NCBI GenBank assembly: GCA_965226025.1 | Contig: CBDDCD010000003.1 | Span: 985,227 to 1,049,226, forward strand | DNA from: Candidatus Moanibacter sp. | GTDB lineage: Bacteria; Verrucomicrobiota; Verrucomicrobiia; Opitutales; UBA2987 | Direction of reading: 5' to 3' | DNA length: 64,000 nucleotides | Shown here: piece after piece, positions 36,107 through 45,381 of the stretch | Layout of the letters: the number at the start of each line of letters is the position of its first letter | How positions within the stretch are numbered: position 1 is the stretch's first letter | The notes under the pieces: model-generated | Told to the model about the DNA's origin: nothing | What the model saw: only the letters and a program-made list of their open reading frames with translations | The model's database searches: none | Translations under genes and position numbers: made by a program

Positions 36107-37189
36107 TTACAAACTCGCTTCGGCGAAACGAGGCTCCAGCTTTTCGTAGGCGTTTAGAATCAGAGTCTCCGTTTCCTCCCAGTCTATGCAGCTGTCGGTA
36201 ATGGATTGACCGTAGGTGAGAGCTTCTCTTGAGCCGGATACCGATTGACTGCCCGCCACCAAATTGCTCTCCAACATTATACCGAAGATCGAGTCGCGTC
36301 CCTCCAGAATTTGACAGAGTACGCTATTGAAAACACTAGGTTGGCGGCGGTGGTCTTTTTCGCTGTTTCCATGGCTGCAGTCCACCAGAATTCTCGCCGC
36401 CAGGCCGTGATTCTCAAGCTTCGTTTCAGTGGCTTCGACTTTGTCGGTTGTGTAGTTCGGTCCATCTTCTCCACCTCTTAGAACGATGTGGCAGTTCGGA
36501 TTGCCCCGAGTCGTCACCACGGATGCTAATCCCTGCTGACTCACCCCGAGGAATGTCTGTGGTTGCATGGCCGCCTCTATCGCGTTTACCGCCGAACTAA
36601 TGTCTCCCGAAGTGCCATTCTTGATTTCCAATGGCATGGATAAACCCGAGGCCATTTGGCGATGCGTCTGAGACTCTGCCGTCCTTGCTCCGATTGCTGA
36701 CCAGCAGATCAGATCGGAGATGTATTGGGGGGTGATCGGATCCAGGAGCTCAGTTGCGGTGGGCAGTTCGAGATCAACAACGTCTCGCAGAAAACGGCGT
36801 GCCAATTTGAGACCCTTTGGGATGTCATAGCTTCCGTCGAGTTGCGGATCCATGATCAAGCCCTTCCATCCCACCGTGGTGCGCGGTTTTTCGAAATAGA
36901 CTCGCATTGCCAGAACCAGCCGATCCTCCACTCTTCGATAGAGTGCGGACAGCCTCTCTGCGTATTCTCGTCCCGATTTGATATCGTGGATTGAACAGGG
37001 ACCGGAGGGACCGGATATAACTAGAATGCGCCGATCGTTTCCGAAAATGATGTCGCTTATCTGTTCCCTCGATCGGATGACAAAGTCGGCTTGTCCTTCA
37101 CTGCGCACTACCTGTCGGCAGAGGTACTCCGGGGCCGGTAATACCGCATTGTCGACGATGTTGACGTCAGTTACCCGGCGCATCTTCAT
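36107..37189 (-). CDS. 3-deoxy-7-phosphoheptulonate (DAHP) synthase, class I (AroF/G/H type)
   Basis: 360-aa ORF. RILVISGPSGPCSIHD, VYFEKPRTTVGWKGL, WSAIGARTAESQTHRQMASGLSMP, VDCSHGNS. Confidence 0.9.
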   Translation of the reverse strand: MKMRRVTDVNIVDNAVLPAPEYLCRQVVRSEGQADFVIRSREQISDIIFGNDRRILVISGPSGPCSIHDIKSGREYAERLSALYRRVEDRLVLAMRVYFEKPRTTVGWKGLIMDPQLDGSYDIPKGLKLARRFLRDVVDLELPTATELLDPITPQYISDLICWSAIGARTAESQTHRQMASGLSMPLEIKNGTSGDISSAVNAIEAAMQPQTFLGVSQQGLASVVTTRGNPNCHIVLRGGEDGPNYTTDKVEATETKLENHGLAARILVDCSHGNSEKDHRRQPSVFNSVLCQILEGRDSIFGIMLESNLVAGSQSVSGSREALTYGQSITDSCIDWEETETLILNAYEKLEPRFAEASL

Positions 37190-37279
37190 TCCTGTAGATT
37201 GTTGGTGCCGAAAGAGCGAATTTCTGGTTCAATCTGTGACGATTGTAAATTTGATTCTGCACTTTGCGTCGAGAATTTG

Positions 37280-38227
37280 ATGAACAGCGCTGCTTTCTAC
37301 AAAACCAGCCCGGCGGTATCTGTGTTTGCAAAGGGAGGGGACGCCTTCCAATTTCTGCAGAGCCAATTCAGCAACGATCTGCCTGCCGCGAATCCAGGTT
37401 CGGTAACCTATGGGCTCTGGTTGGACCGTCGAGGAAAAGTCGCGGCGGATAGTTTCGTTCTGCAAGAGGACCCCGATCAATTCCTCATTCACAGCTATTT
37501 CTGTCCGGCATCTGAGATTATCCGAAAGCTCGATGAGAATATTATTGCTGACGACGTCGAGCTGATAGACCAATCCAGTGGCTTCACCGCATTTTCTTGC
37601 TGGGGTTTGAACAATTTGGAGCCATTGGCCTTTGCCGGATTGGATGAGCCGGAAACGGGCTCTTTTAAAGAACAAGGGGGGCTCTTCTGGTGGGAGGGTA
37701 GGCGTTCCCGATCGAGGGCCTTTGACTTCCTCGCGCAGGGAGAAACCGCGGGAGACCTGGAAGGGAAAATTGAAAGATTCATCGTTGCATCCGGTGGCCG
37801 GTGGGTCTCCGAGGCTGAAATGCACGTCGAACGTATCGTTTCGGGCATCCCCTGGATTCCCGTCGAAATCGGACCGAACGACCTGCCCCAAGAGGGTGGT
37901 TTGGAGGAGGACGCGGTGTCATTCTCCAAGGGTTGCTATCTCGGTCAGGAAGTGATGGCGCGGATTTTTTCCCGCGGTAACGTGAAGCGGGGGCTCTATC
38001 GCGTGGCTGTTGATGCTTGGGATGATGAGTTGGATATCCCATGCGAACTGTACCAGGAAGAAGCACCCGTAGGCCAATTACGTAGCATCGTTCAAGCTGG
38101 AGGCGAGACTTTTGGGCATGCCCTACTAAGGTACGGCGCGGTCGAGAATCAGGCCTCTTTTTCTCTTCGTCCTGCTGGTGAGTCCGTCGTCAGAATCATG
38201 GGTCCTCGATTGGGGGCCACCTCATAG
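37280..38227 (+). CDS. ygfZ: YgfZ/GcvT-like folate-binding protein
   Basis: Start ATG 37280 (MNSAAFYK). GDAFQFLQSQFSNDL and the YgfZ signature KGCYLGQEVMARI. Confidence 0.75.
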   Translation: MNSAAFYKTSPAVSVFAKGGDAFQFLQSQFSNDLPAANPGSVTYGLWLDRRGKVAADSFVLQEDPDQFLIHSYFCPASEIIRKLDENIIADDVELIDQSSGFTAFSCWGLNNLEPLAFAGLDEPETGSFKEQGGLFWWEGRRSRSRAFDFLAQGETAGDLEGKIERFIVASGGRWVSEAEMHVERIVSGIPWIPVEIGPNDLPQEGGLEEDAVSFSKGCYLGQEVMARIFSRGNVKRGLYRVAVDAWDDELDIPCELYQEEAPVGQLRSIVQAGGETFGHALLRYGAVENQASFSLRPAGESVVRIMGPRLGATS

Positions 38228-38397
38228 ACTGCGAAGAGGAGGGTCCAGAATCGGGAATTTTGAGTGGATAAAAGGGTGTGTTTTTTTATTCTCAGAGAAC
38301 GTATTATTTGGTTGACGGGATTTCTCCTAGCCAGTTCTTATCTCTCTGTTGGTTTCTCAACACTTCGTCGAATATTACCACACATAAAGGAGACTCA

Positions 38398-38673
38398 ATG
38401 AACAAGGCCGAATTAGTGACTGTAGTGCAGAATTCAATTGGAGGTGAAATAACAAAATCCTGCGCGGAGAAAGCAGTGGAAGCTGTCCTCGATGGTATAA
38501 AAAGTGGTGTCAGTAATGATAAGTCTGTCCAGCTTGCCGGGTTTGGATCTTTTTCCGTTACCCAACGCGCCGCAAGGATGGGAGTGAATCCACGGACGGG
38601 CGAGAAAATCCAAATTGCGGAATCTCGATCTGTGAAGTTTAAGCCCGCGGCCGCTTTCAAGAATCTCGTCTGA
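38398..38673 (+). CDS. HU family DNA-binding protein
   Basis: Start ATG 38398, preceded by AAAGGAG. MNKAELVTVV...VQLAGFGSFSVTQRAARMGVNPRTGEKIQI. Confidence 0.9.
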   Translation: MNKAELVTVVQNSIGGEITKSCAEKAVEAVLDGIKSGVSNDKSVQLAGFGSFSVTQRAARMGVNPRTGEKIQIAESRSVKFKPAAAFKNLV

Positions 38674-38693
38674 GTACTCTTTCTACCCCAATC

Positions 38694-38723
38694 TCCGCAG
38701 GCTTCGGCCTGCGGATTTTTTTT
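38694..38723 (+). terminator. Rho-independent terminator after the HU gene
   Basis: TCCGCAGGC TTCG GCCTGCGGA followed by TTTTTTTT. Confidence 0.85.
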
Positions 38724-38738
38724 GGAACAGCCGAAGTC

Positions 38739-41051
38739 ATGTCCAGTTCAGCGGCCGAGTATCAACCCAACGCGGTCCTCTCAAGCGTCGAGTATCGTGT
38801 CGTAGGAAAACGCCCCGTGCGCCACGACGGGGGTGACAAGGTCACGGGCAAAGCTCGCTACGGGGCTGATACCGTCCTCCCTGGAATGCTTTACGGTGCG
38901 ATCCTCCGCAGCCCTCATGCCCACGCGCAGATCCGTCGACTGGACACCAGTCGGGCGGAGGCGGCGCTCTCCGTGAGGGCGGTTGTGACCGCGGCTGATT
39001 TCTCCGACCCAGGACCGCCTCCGGACAGCTTTCAGCTGCTCAACTTGATGGCCCGGGATAAGGTGCATTACAAAGGGCACGCGGTCGCCGCGGTGGCGGC
39101 TTTCAATCAGCATGAGGCACAGGAGGCATTGGATCTGATTGAAGTGGAATATGAACCGCTGCCCGCTGTGTTCCAGGCCGAGGACGCAATGGCCGACGAT
39201 GCGCCGACCTTGTTCGACGATCTCCAGGCTACGATGGATCCGGACAGCGTCGAGTTGGAAACCTGGCCGCCTAATGTGGCCAACCACTTCGAGCATGAGC
39301 TCGGCGATATCGAAGAGGGATTCGCGCGGGCCGAGATCATTGTAGAGAGGCGCACCGATACGTCCGCCGTGCACCAGGGATATTTGGAGCCGCACGCCGG
39401 GACCGCCATGTGGAACGAGGATGGGAGACTTACCATCTGGAGCAGTGGTCAGGGACATTTTTCGGTTCGAGAGTTGACGGCCAAAGTGTGTGCCGTGCCG
39501 GTTTCTCGGGTGTTGGCGGTACCCCTCGAGATCGGCGGTGGATTCGGGGCCAAGCTCCGTGCTTATGTTGAGCCAGTTGCAGCTCTCTTGGCGAGGAAGG
39601 CCAGAGCACCGGTTAAGATCGCGATGACGCGGAAAGGAGTGTTCGAAGGCACTGGGCCGACCTCGGGTACTCACGTCGATATCAAACTCGGTGCCACAGG
39701 GGACGGGCGGCTGATCGCGGCAAAGGCACGTTTGGTCTACGAAGCAGGCGGTTTTCCAGGATCCTCTGTGGGGGGAGGGGCACGCTGCATGTTCTCACCC
39801 TACGACATCCCCAATGCATTGATCGAGGGGTTCGATGTTGTCGTGAACCGCCCCAAAACATCCGCCTATCGAGCGCCTGGTACTCCCGCAGCGGCCTACG
39901 CTATGGAGACAGCCATCGACGAACTGGCCGAGAGACTCCAGGTAGATCCGCTCGAGTTGCGTATGAAGAACTGCGCTCGCGAAGGAACACGGCTCGTCTC
40001 CGGGGTGACTCTGCCCAAAGTCGGATTCCTCGAGGTCCTTCAAGCTGCCCGGTCCCACCCACATTATTCTTCGCCATCGAAAGGAGGCTGGCGCGGTCGT
40101 GGAGTGGCAAGCGGGTATTGGGGAAACGGCAGCGGCCCCTCCTGTGCCGTTGCCGTGGTCCATCCAGACGGGACCGTCCACCTTTCCGAGGGTTCGCCTG
40201 ATATCGGCGGCACACGTACCGCTGTGGCCCAACAATTCGCCGAGACTCTAGGTATTGAGATCGACGCCGTTCATCCCGACGTGGTGGACACCGATTCAAT
40301 CGGAGTCACATCAAATACCGGTGGCAGCGGAGTGGCTTTCAAGACCGGTTTCGCCGCAATCGCGGCAGCGGAGGACGTAAAAAGGCAACTTATCAAACGG
40401 GCCGCCGTCCTCTGGGAATGTGGTGCCGACCAGGTTGAATTCTCTAATGGCATTCTGCGTCACTTGGATGACGACGATCGGCAGTTTACGATTGCAGAGA
40501 TTGCCAAGCGGGCAGCCAAGACCGGCGGAGCTATCGTCGGCCGTGCCGGAGTCAATCCCTCAGGTGCGGGTCCCGCCCTGGCAACCCACATCGTTGACGT
40601 CGAAGTCGATCCTGAAACCGGCAAAGTGACTGTCTTGCGCTATACTGCGGTGCAGGATGCCGGCAAAGCCATCCATCCCAGTTACGTGGAGGGGCAGATT
40701 CAGGGCGCGGTTGCTCAAGGTGTGGGCTGGGCCTTGAATGAGGAGTATTTCACTAACGACCTCGGTGTGATGGAGAACTCTACCTACCTCGACTACCGCA
40801 TGCCCACCAGCCTGGACCTCCCAATGATCGATACCGTCATCGTTGAGGTGGCCAATCCCCTTCACCCCTTTGGCATTCGGGGCGTCGGTGAAGTGCCTAT
40901 CGTTCCTCCTCTTGCTGCCATGGCCAACGCTATATATGCCGCAATCGGTGTGCGAATGAACGAGCTGCCCATGAAACCCAATGTAGTTCTTGCCGCCATC
41001 GCAAATCACCGGCCTGCTCATACCACCGAAGCTGCCGGTGGCGCTGGTTGA
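38739..41051 (+). CDS. Xanthine dehydrogenase / aldehyde oxidase / CO-dehydrogenase-family molybdopterin-binding large subunit
   Basis: 770-aa ORF. N-terminal a/b-hammerhead region (VGKRPVRHDGGDKVTGKARYGADTVLPGMLYGAILRSPHAHAQI), GGGFG, C-terminal FGIRGVGEVPIVP. No FeS or FAD subunit genes are adjacent. Confidence 0.9.
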   Translation: MSSSAAEYQPNAVLSSVEYRVVGKRPVRHDGGDKVTGKARYGADTVLPGMLYGAILRSPHAHAQIRRLDTSRAEAALSVRAVVTAADFSDPGPPPDSFQLLNLMARDKVHYKGHAVAAVAAFNQHEAQEALDLIEVEYEPLPAVFQAEDAMADDAPTLFDDLQATMDPDSVELETWPPNVANHFEHELGDIEEGFARAEIIVERRTDTSAVHQGYLEPHAGTAMWNEDGRLTIWSSGQGHFSVRELTAKVCAVPVSRVLAVPLEIGGGFGAKLRAYVEPVAALLARKARAPVKIAMTRKGVFEGTGPTSGTHVDIKLGATGDGRLIAAKARLVYEAGGFPGSSVGGGARCMFSPYDIPNALIEGFDVVVNRPKTSAYRAPGTPAAAYAMETAIDELAERLQVDPLELRMKNCAREGTRLVSGVTLPKVGFLEVLQAARSHPHYSSPSKGGWRGRGVASGYWGNGSGPSCAVAVVHPDGTVHLSEGSPDIGGTRTAVAQQFAETLGIEIDAVHPDVVDTDSIGVTSNTGGSGVAFKTGFAAIAAAEDVKRQLIKRAAVLWECGADQVEFSNGILRHLDDDDRQFTIAEIAKRAAKTGGAIVGRAGVNPSGAGPALATHIVDVEVDPETGKVTVLRYTAVQDAGKAIHPSYVEGQIQGAVAQGVGWALNEEYFTNDLGVMENSTYLDYRMPTSLDLPMIDTVIVEVANPLHPFGIRGVGEVPIVPPLAAMANAIYAAIGVRMNELPMKPNVVLAAIANHRPAHTTEAAGGAG

Positions 41052-41056
41052 AAATT

Positions 41057-41326
41057 ATGGCTCAAGTCTGGATCCCTCGCCGACTTCAATCCCTCACCGG
41101 CGGCCGCAAAATGGTGGAAGTCACCGGTTCCACGGTGCGACGCTTGATCGACAGTCTGGAGAACCAATATCCCGGACTCAAAGCCAGACTCTATGACGCT
41201 GAACGCGACAGTCTCGCCCCCGGTATCGCCGTCACCATTGATGGCGTAGTCCGCGAGATGGGCCTCCTCGAGAAGGTCCAAGAAGAAAGCGAAGTCCACT
41301 TTCTCCCCGCCATTTCCGGCGGCTGA
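41057..41326 (+). CDS. MoaD/ThiS-family ubiquitin-like sulfur-carrier protein (C-terminal GG)
   Basis: ~89 aa from ATG 41057 (the track uses TTG 41048, overlapping the upstream stop). Ends ...EVHFLPAISGG, the beta-grasp family hallmark. Confidence 0.65.
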   Translation: MAQVWIPRRLQSLTGGRKMVEVTGSTVRRLIDSLENQYPGLKARLYDAERDSLAPGIAVTIDGVVREMGLLEKVQEESEVHFLPAISGG

Positions 41327-41401
41327 ACCCTGCTTCGAGTATAATGGGGACAGAAAAAAAGACGTTGACAATTGTTTTGTATGGAGAAAGCGTAGGAGAA
41401 G

Positions 41402-42409
41402 ATGAGAAGGGCGAGATTAAAGATACGGGGTCGGAGGGCGGTGTATCATTGTATATCGAGGACAGTAAATCGGGAGAAGCTGATGGATGGGGTAGCGAAG
41501 GAGGTGCTTAGGAAGCAGCTTTGGCAGATTGCCGATTTCTCGGGAGTGGAAGTGATCACCTACTGTCTGATGAGCAACCATTTCCATCTGCTGATAAGAG
41601 TTCCGGACAAGGAGAAAATTGAGGTGAAGGACGAGGAGTTGATGCGTCGGTACCGGGTTCTCTATCCAAGGAGGACTGAGCACGCACCAGCCGATCCTAG
41701 GGTATTGGAGGAAAAGCTGAAGGAGGGAGGAGAGGAAGGGGAGGCTATCAGAAAGCAGTTGTTGGCAAGAATGCATGATATTTCTGAGTTCATGAAGAGT
41801 CTGAAGCAGAGGTATACGATCTGGTATAACCGAACGCGAGGCCGGGTGGGGACGTTGTGGTCGGAGCGGTACAAGAGTGTGCTGGTTGAGGGGCGCGAGG
41901 CGGCGCTCCGAGTAACAGCGGCCTACATTGAACTGAACCCGGTTCGGGCTGGGTTGGTGGAGGATCCGAAAGAATATCGATGGAGCGGCTACGGGGAGGC
42001 GGTAGGGGGCAGTGAGCAGTCGCGAAGGGGGATCATCGATGCGGTGCAGGGGATTCAGATGGGGAGCTTGAGCTGGATCAGAGCGGCACGGGAGTATCGA
42101 ATACTGTTGTATTGTAAGGGCTCGGGCGTAAGGCCGGCATCGGAACGTGAGGGTAGCTTTCCGAGGGAGGAGTGGGTAGGAGTGATGGAAGCCGGGGGCA
42201 GGATTCCGGTGGCGGAAGCGCTGAGGTGTCGGGTGCGGTATTTCACGGATGGGGCAGTACTTGGATCCCAGACTTATGTTGAAGAGTTTTTCGAGGAGCA
42301 TCGAGATCAATTTGGAAAGAAGCGGAGGAGTGGCTCACGGAAAATGAAGGGGTGCGATTGGGAGGGATTGAGAGTGCTGAGAGATCTGAGGAGGGAAATT
42401 TTCACGTAG
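41402..42409 (+). CDS. REP-associated tyrosine transposase (RAYT, IS200-like HUH/Y1 family) with C-terminal extension
   Basis: 335-aa ORF. YHCISRTVN, HUH motif LMSNHFHLLI, catalytic-Tyr region AAYIELNPVRAGLVEDPKEYRWSGY. Confidence 0.8.
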   Translation: MRRARLKIRGRRAVYHCISRTVNREKLMDGVAKEVLRKQLWQIADFSGVEVITYCLMSNHFHLLIRVPDKEKIEVKDEELMRRYRVLYPRRTEHAPADPRVLEEKLKEGGEEGEAIRKQLLARMHDISEFMKSLKQRYTIWYNRTRGRVGTLWSERYKSVLVEGREAALRVTAAYIELNPVRAGLVEDPKEYRWSGYGEAVGGSEQSRRGIIDAVQGIQMGSLSWIRAAREYRILLYCKGSGVRPASEREGSFPREEWVGVMEAGGRIPVAEALRCRVRYFTDGAVLGSQTYVEEFFEEHRDQFGKKRRSGSRKMKGCDWEGLRVLRDLRREIFT

Positions 42410-42553
42410 CCCGAATTTCCAAGAAGATTCCAGCCAACCTTAGGTGGCAATATCTATCTACCTTAGCATTGTTGCTCCGCGGCCAAGAAAAGCTGGGTAA
42501 TGGCTCGGCCTTTCGAGGCCAGTTCGGAGTAGACGGAGAGGTTGCGAGGGTGA

Positions 42554-43075
42554 TTACCTTTTGTACTTCAGCAAGAGGGTATCCTTGCTGAGGTGGCTGA
42601 CCGATATCAATGCGAGGGTTCGGTTCCAACTTCCCGGGCTGAGAGGTAAGCCGGATCCAAATACGACTGGTTCCACTGTAATCCACCATTCGTTGATCAG
42701 GTCGTGGGCCAGAAAGAGGGTATTTATCTGGCTACCGCCCAGCAAAGCACATTGTTGGTAGCCGCGAGCCTCAAGTCCCTCTACCAAAGAGCGAGGATCT
42801 TGGTCAGTGAACTCGAGTCGTTCTTGACAGGCCTCCTGTGAAAATTTCCCTGCATTCCTCGTCAGGACCACCCGAAGGCGTTGGGCGTCGATTCCTGCCA
42901 AGATCTGTTCGCGTGACTGGCGGTAGGTGTTCGCCCCGAGAATGCTGCAGTCGAATTCAAGGAGAGTCCGGCGAAAATAGTCCTGGTCCGCATGGGATGC
43001 GAAGGAAGTGCCGGGAAACTGATGGCGAGTAATAAAACCGTCGACGGAGACCACGGCAATCAAAGTCACCTTCAT
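42554..43075 (-). CDS. RibD C-terminal-domain / dihydrofolate-reductase-like protein
   Basis: 173-aa ORF. MKVTLIAVVSVDGFITR...ILGANTY...LLGGSQINTLFL...WWITVEPVVFGSG. Confidence 0.75.
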   Translation of the reverse strand: MKVTLIAVVSVDGFITRHQFPGTSFASHADQDYFRRTLLEFDCSILGANTYRQSREQILAGIDAQRLRVVLTRNAGKFSQEACQERLEFTDQDPRSLVEGLEARGYQQCALLGGSQINTLFLAHDLINEWWITVEPVVFGSGLPLSPGSWNRTLALISVSHLSKDTLLLKYKR

Positions 43076-43499
43076 TTGATATGGAGGAGCTGATCGATCG
43101 GGAAGAGTGCTTGAGCTCTGTTCATTTCCTAGGAGTTCCAGTCCAATAGATTACTCTGCTAGTCTTGTACAGATCTGATTCGGTCGAGCCGAAGTCTTTC
43201 ACGGTCATCGAAGAGTCGTCTCCCGGTTAACGAAATTGCGATTATCATGCCGAGGCCGACGATAAGCAGCTGGAGGGCCATGCGAAAGGAATTTACCAAT
43301 AGAGGCCTCGATCGAATGGCTGGGGATCCCGTCGAGCAAGACTTTGCCGGAATGTGGATCCACCAGAGGGGAATCTTTCTCAAACGCAGAGCGTTTGCAA
43401 TGACCGACGCGGAGCTTTCGAGGCAGAGGAAGACGAAGAGAAAGAGGAAGATCGATTCGTATCCGATGATACGATTCTATCTCCGGTCGATCGGTTGTC

Positions 43500-45260
43500 T
43501 TAGGGATCGGACGTCTCCCATTCATTGGAGGAGAGATTGGAGAACCAGCGAGGGTTAGTCGAATCCACTAAATAGAAAAGCCAGGCGCCGTCGGAGTGTC
43601 GATAGAGGCTTGGGTAGAGAGAAGAACTGGTCCAGAGCCAGCCCATATCGAGGGCGTAGAACCAGATATTGTCGATGCTTACGGCAGAGGTGAAGAGCCA
43701 GCCGTGCTGGAGGTGAAATATCCAGGGATCGAATTTTACATTGAATAGGCCGAGCCAGTCTGACTGGCGCCAACCTTGACCGAGGTCGAGGGCTGATACC
43801 CAGAAGCTGTCGGCTACGGTGAGGACAGCGTCCTCGCTGACGGCCGATCCGCCGTTGTTTACAATTGAGACCGAATAGGTGCCGGAGTCGGAAAATTGTA
43901 GATTTGTCAGACTGAGGGAGGAGGTAGTTTCTCCGGAAAGCGGAGTAACATCCTTAAACCATTGAAAGGAGAGAGGTTGATATCCAAGGACGTCAACTTC
44001 CAGGGTAACGGAGCTGCCCACCGGGCGAGTGAGCGATTGTGGTTGAGTGGCTACTACAGGCGGATCGGGGAGCACATCCATTCCAGAATTCATCGGGTCT
44101 CTCTTAAACTTGGGCCAAGCGCTGTTAGCCAAAGGAATCCCGGCATAAACTGCGTAGAGGTTACCATCGAATCCTCCCAGGTAGAGGACTCCATCGTTGC
44201 TTATGGAAGGAGAAGAATCAATCGAGGTAGAGAGGTCGAGTTGCCAGCGAGTGTTGCCCGACGAATCGAGGCTGAAGAGGCGACTGAGCCCTCCGCCGGC
44301 GGAAGAAGCGACATAGGCATTGCTCTCATTATCAATCGCAGGCGAACTGAAGAAAACGGTCCCAATCTCGACTGCCCACTGCTCCACTCCGTTTTCGTCA
44401 AGAGAGTAGAGAAATCCATCGCGCGATGCGATATAGATGGTTCCTTCCGGACCGATGATCGGTGATGAGTCAATCTTATCGCCGGTTTCGAAAGACCAAT
44501 TGAGAAGACCTGTCGGACTGAGCGAGATGATACTTCGATTGTGGGAGCTGAAGAGGATGTTCCCCTCGGAATCGATCGCAGGTGAGGAAGTGATCTGATT
44601 CTCCCCGTCGGCTCCCGCGGCGGCTACATACTCCCAACGCAAGGTGCCGTCCGGGTTGAGGGCGTGAAGCCTGCCGTCACCCGATCCGAAGTAAATCACA
44701 CCATTGAGATCGATGGCAGGAGATGAATCGATTACGTCGGTAGTAGGAAAGACCCATTTTCGAGTCCCGTTCGAATCGAGGGCATAAAAGAAGCCGGCGA
44801 AGGAGCCGAAATAGATGTCGCCGTCTTTATCGACGGACGGGGAGGCGAAAATCAGGCTGCCGGTTTCGAATTTCCAATTTTGAATGCCTGTGACAGAATC
44901 GATGGAGTAGAGATTGTTGTCGAACGAACCGACATAGAGAGTGCCGTCGGGTCCGATTGTTGGAGACGAGTCAATCCAATCTGCAGCCGCGAATTCCCAT
45001 TTTATGGTTCCGTCGGGGTTTACGGCGTAGATTCGACCTCCGGGGTTCTCACCGTTGAGGCCGACGCGAGAACCGAAGTATATCGTACCATTATCACCCA
45101 CGGAAGGAGAGGAGATAATCTTCCCCGCTGATTCGAATCGCCATCGTTCGTCACCCGGCTCTTCGGCCGAAAGACCGATCGCTACGGTGAGCAGCAAGAG
45201 GGCTGAGACGGAATAGAGAATCAGAGGATGTCGTTCCGTTGCCATCCGCCTAAATAACAA
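43500..45260 (-). CDS. Secreted PQQ-like beta-propeller protein with Ig-like domain and Trp-rich C-terminal repeats
   Basis: 586-aa ORF. Signal peptide, then at least 8 repeats of the type SSPxxxxDGTIYFGSxDGxLYALxxxGxxxW. An I-set-like Ig domain (SVTLEVDVLGYQPLSFQWFKD...SGTYSVSIVN). C-terminus with HGWLFTS / MGWLWTS / GAWLFYL. Confidence 0.75.
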   Translation of the reverse strand: MLFRRMATERHPLILYSVSALLLLTVAIGLSAEEPGDERWRFESAGKIISSPSVGDNGTIYFGSRVGLNGENPGGRIYAVNPDGTIKWEFAAADWIDSSPTIGPDGTLYVGSFDNNLYSIDSVTGIQNWKFETGSLIFASPSVDKDGDIYFGSFAGFFYALDSNGTRKWVFPTTDVIDSSPAIDLNGVIYFGSGDGRLHALNPDGTLRWEYVAAAGADGENQITSSPAIDSEGNILFSSHNRSIISLSPTGLLNWSFETGDKIDSSPIIGPEGTIYIASRDGFLYSLDENGVEQWAVEIGTVFFSSPAIDNESNAYVASSAGGGLSRLFSLDSSGNTRWQLDLSTSIDSSPSISNDGVLYLGGFDGNLYAVYAGIPLANSAWPKFKRDPMNSGMDVLPDPPVVATQPQSLTRPVGSSVTLEVDVLGYQPLSFQWFKDVTPLSGETTSSLSLTNLQFSDSGTYSVSIVNNGGSAVSEDAVLTVADSFWVSALDLGQGWRQSDWLGLFNVKFDPWIFHLQHGWLFTSAVSIDNIWFYALDMGWLWTSSSLYPSLYRHSDGAWLFYLVDSTNPRWFSNLSSNEWETSDP

Positions 45261-45308
45261 GCTCCGCTCTGGGATGCGCGGTCGTTCGTCTTTATTCCTT
45301 GATCGGCG

Positions 45309-45348
45309 AAAAAAAAAGCAGGCAACCTTGGCGCGGTTGCCTGCTTTT
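45309..45348 (-). terminator. Rho-independent terminator (minus-strand reading; A-run/T-run on both sides)
   Basis: AAAAAAAAA GCAGGCAACC ttggcgc GGTTGCCTGC TTTT. On the minus strand the hairpin is followed by T9. Lies downstream of the 45382..45999 gene. Confidence 0.75.
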
Positions 45349-45381
45349 CTAAAATGGATCTTTTCTCAAGAGGAATTGCCA

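Noticed and set aside
43159-43383. Small minus-strand ORF (possible 40-aa single-TM peptide MALQLLIVGLGMIIAISL... from an internal Met at 43281)
   Set aside because: It has no ribosome-binding site or conservation evidence available to me, and short hydrophobic ORFs arise easily by chance. It is worth a look only if Ribo-seq or comparative data support it.
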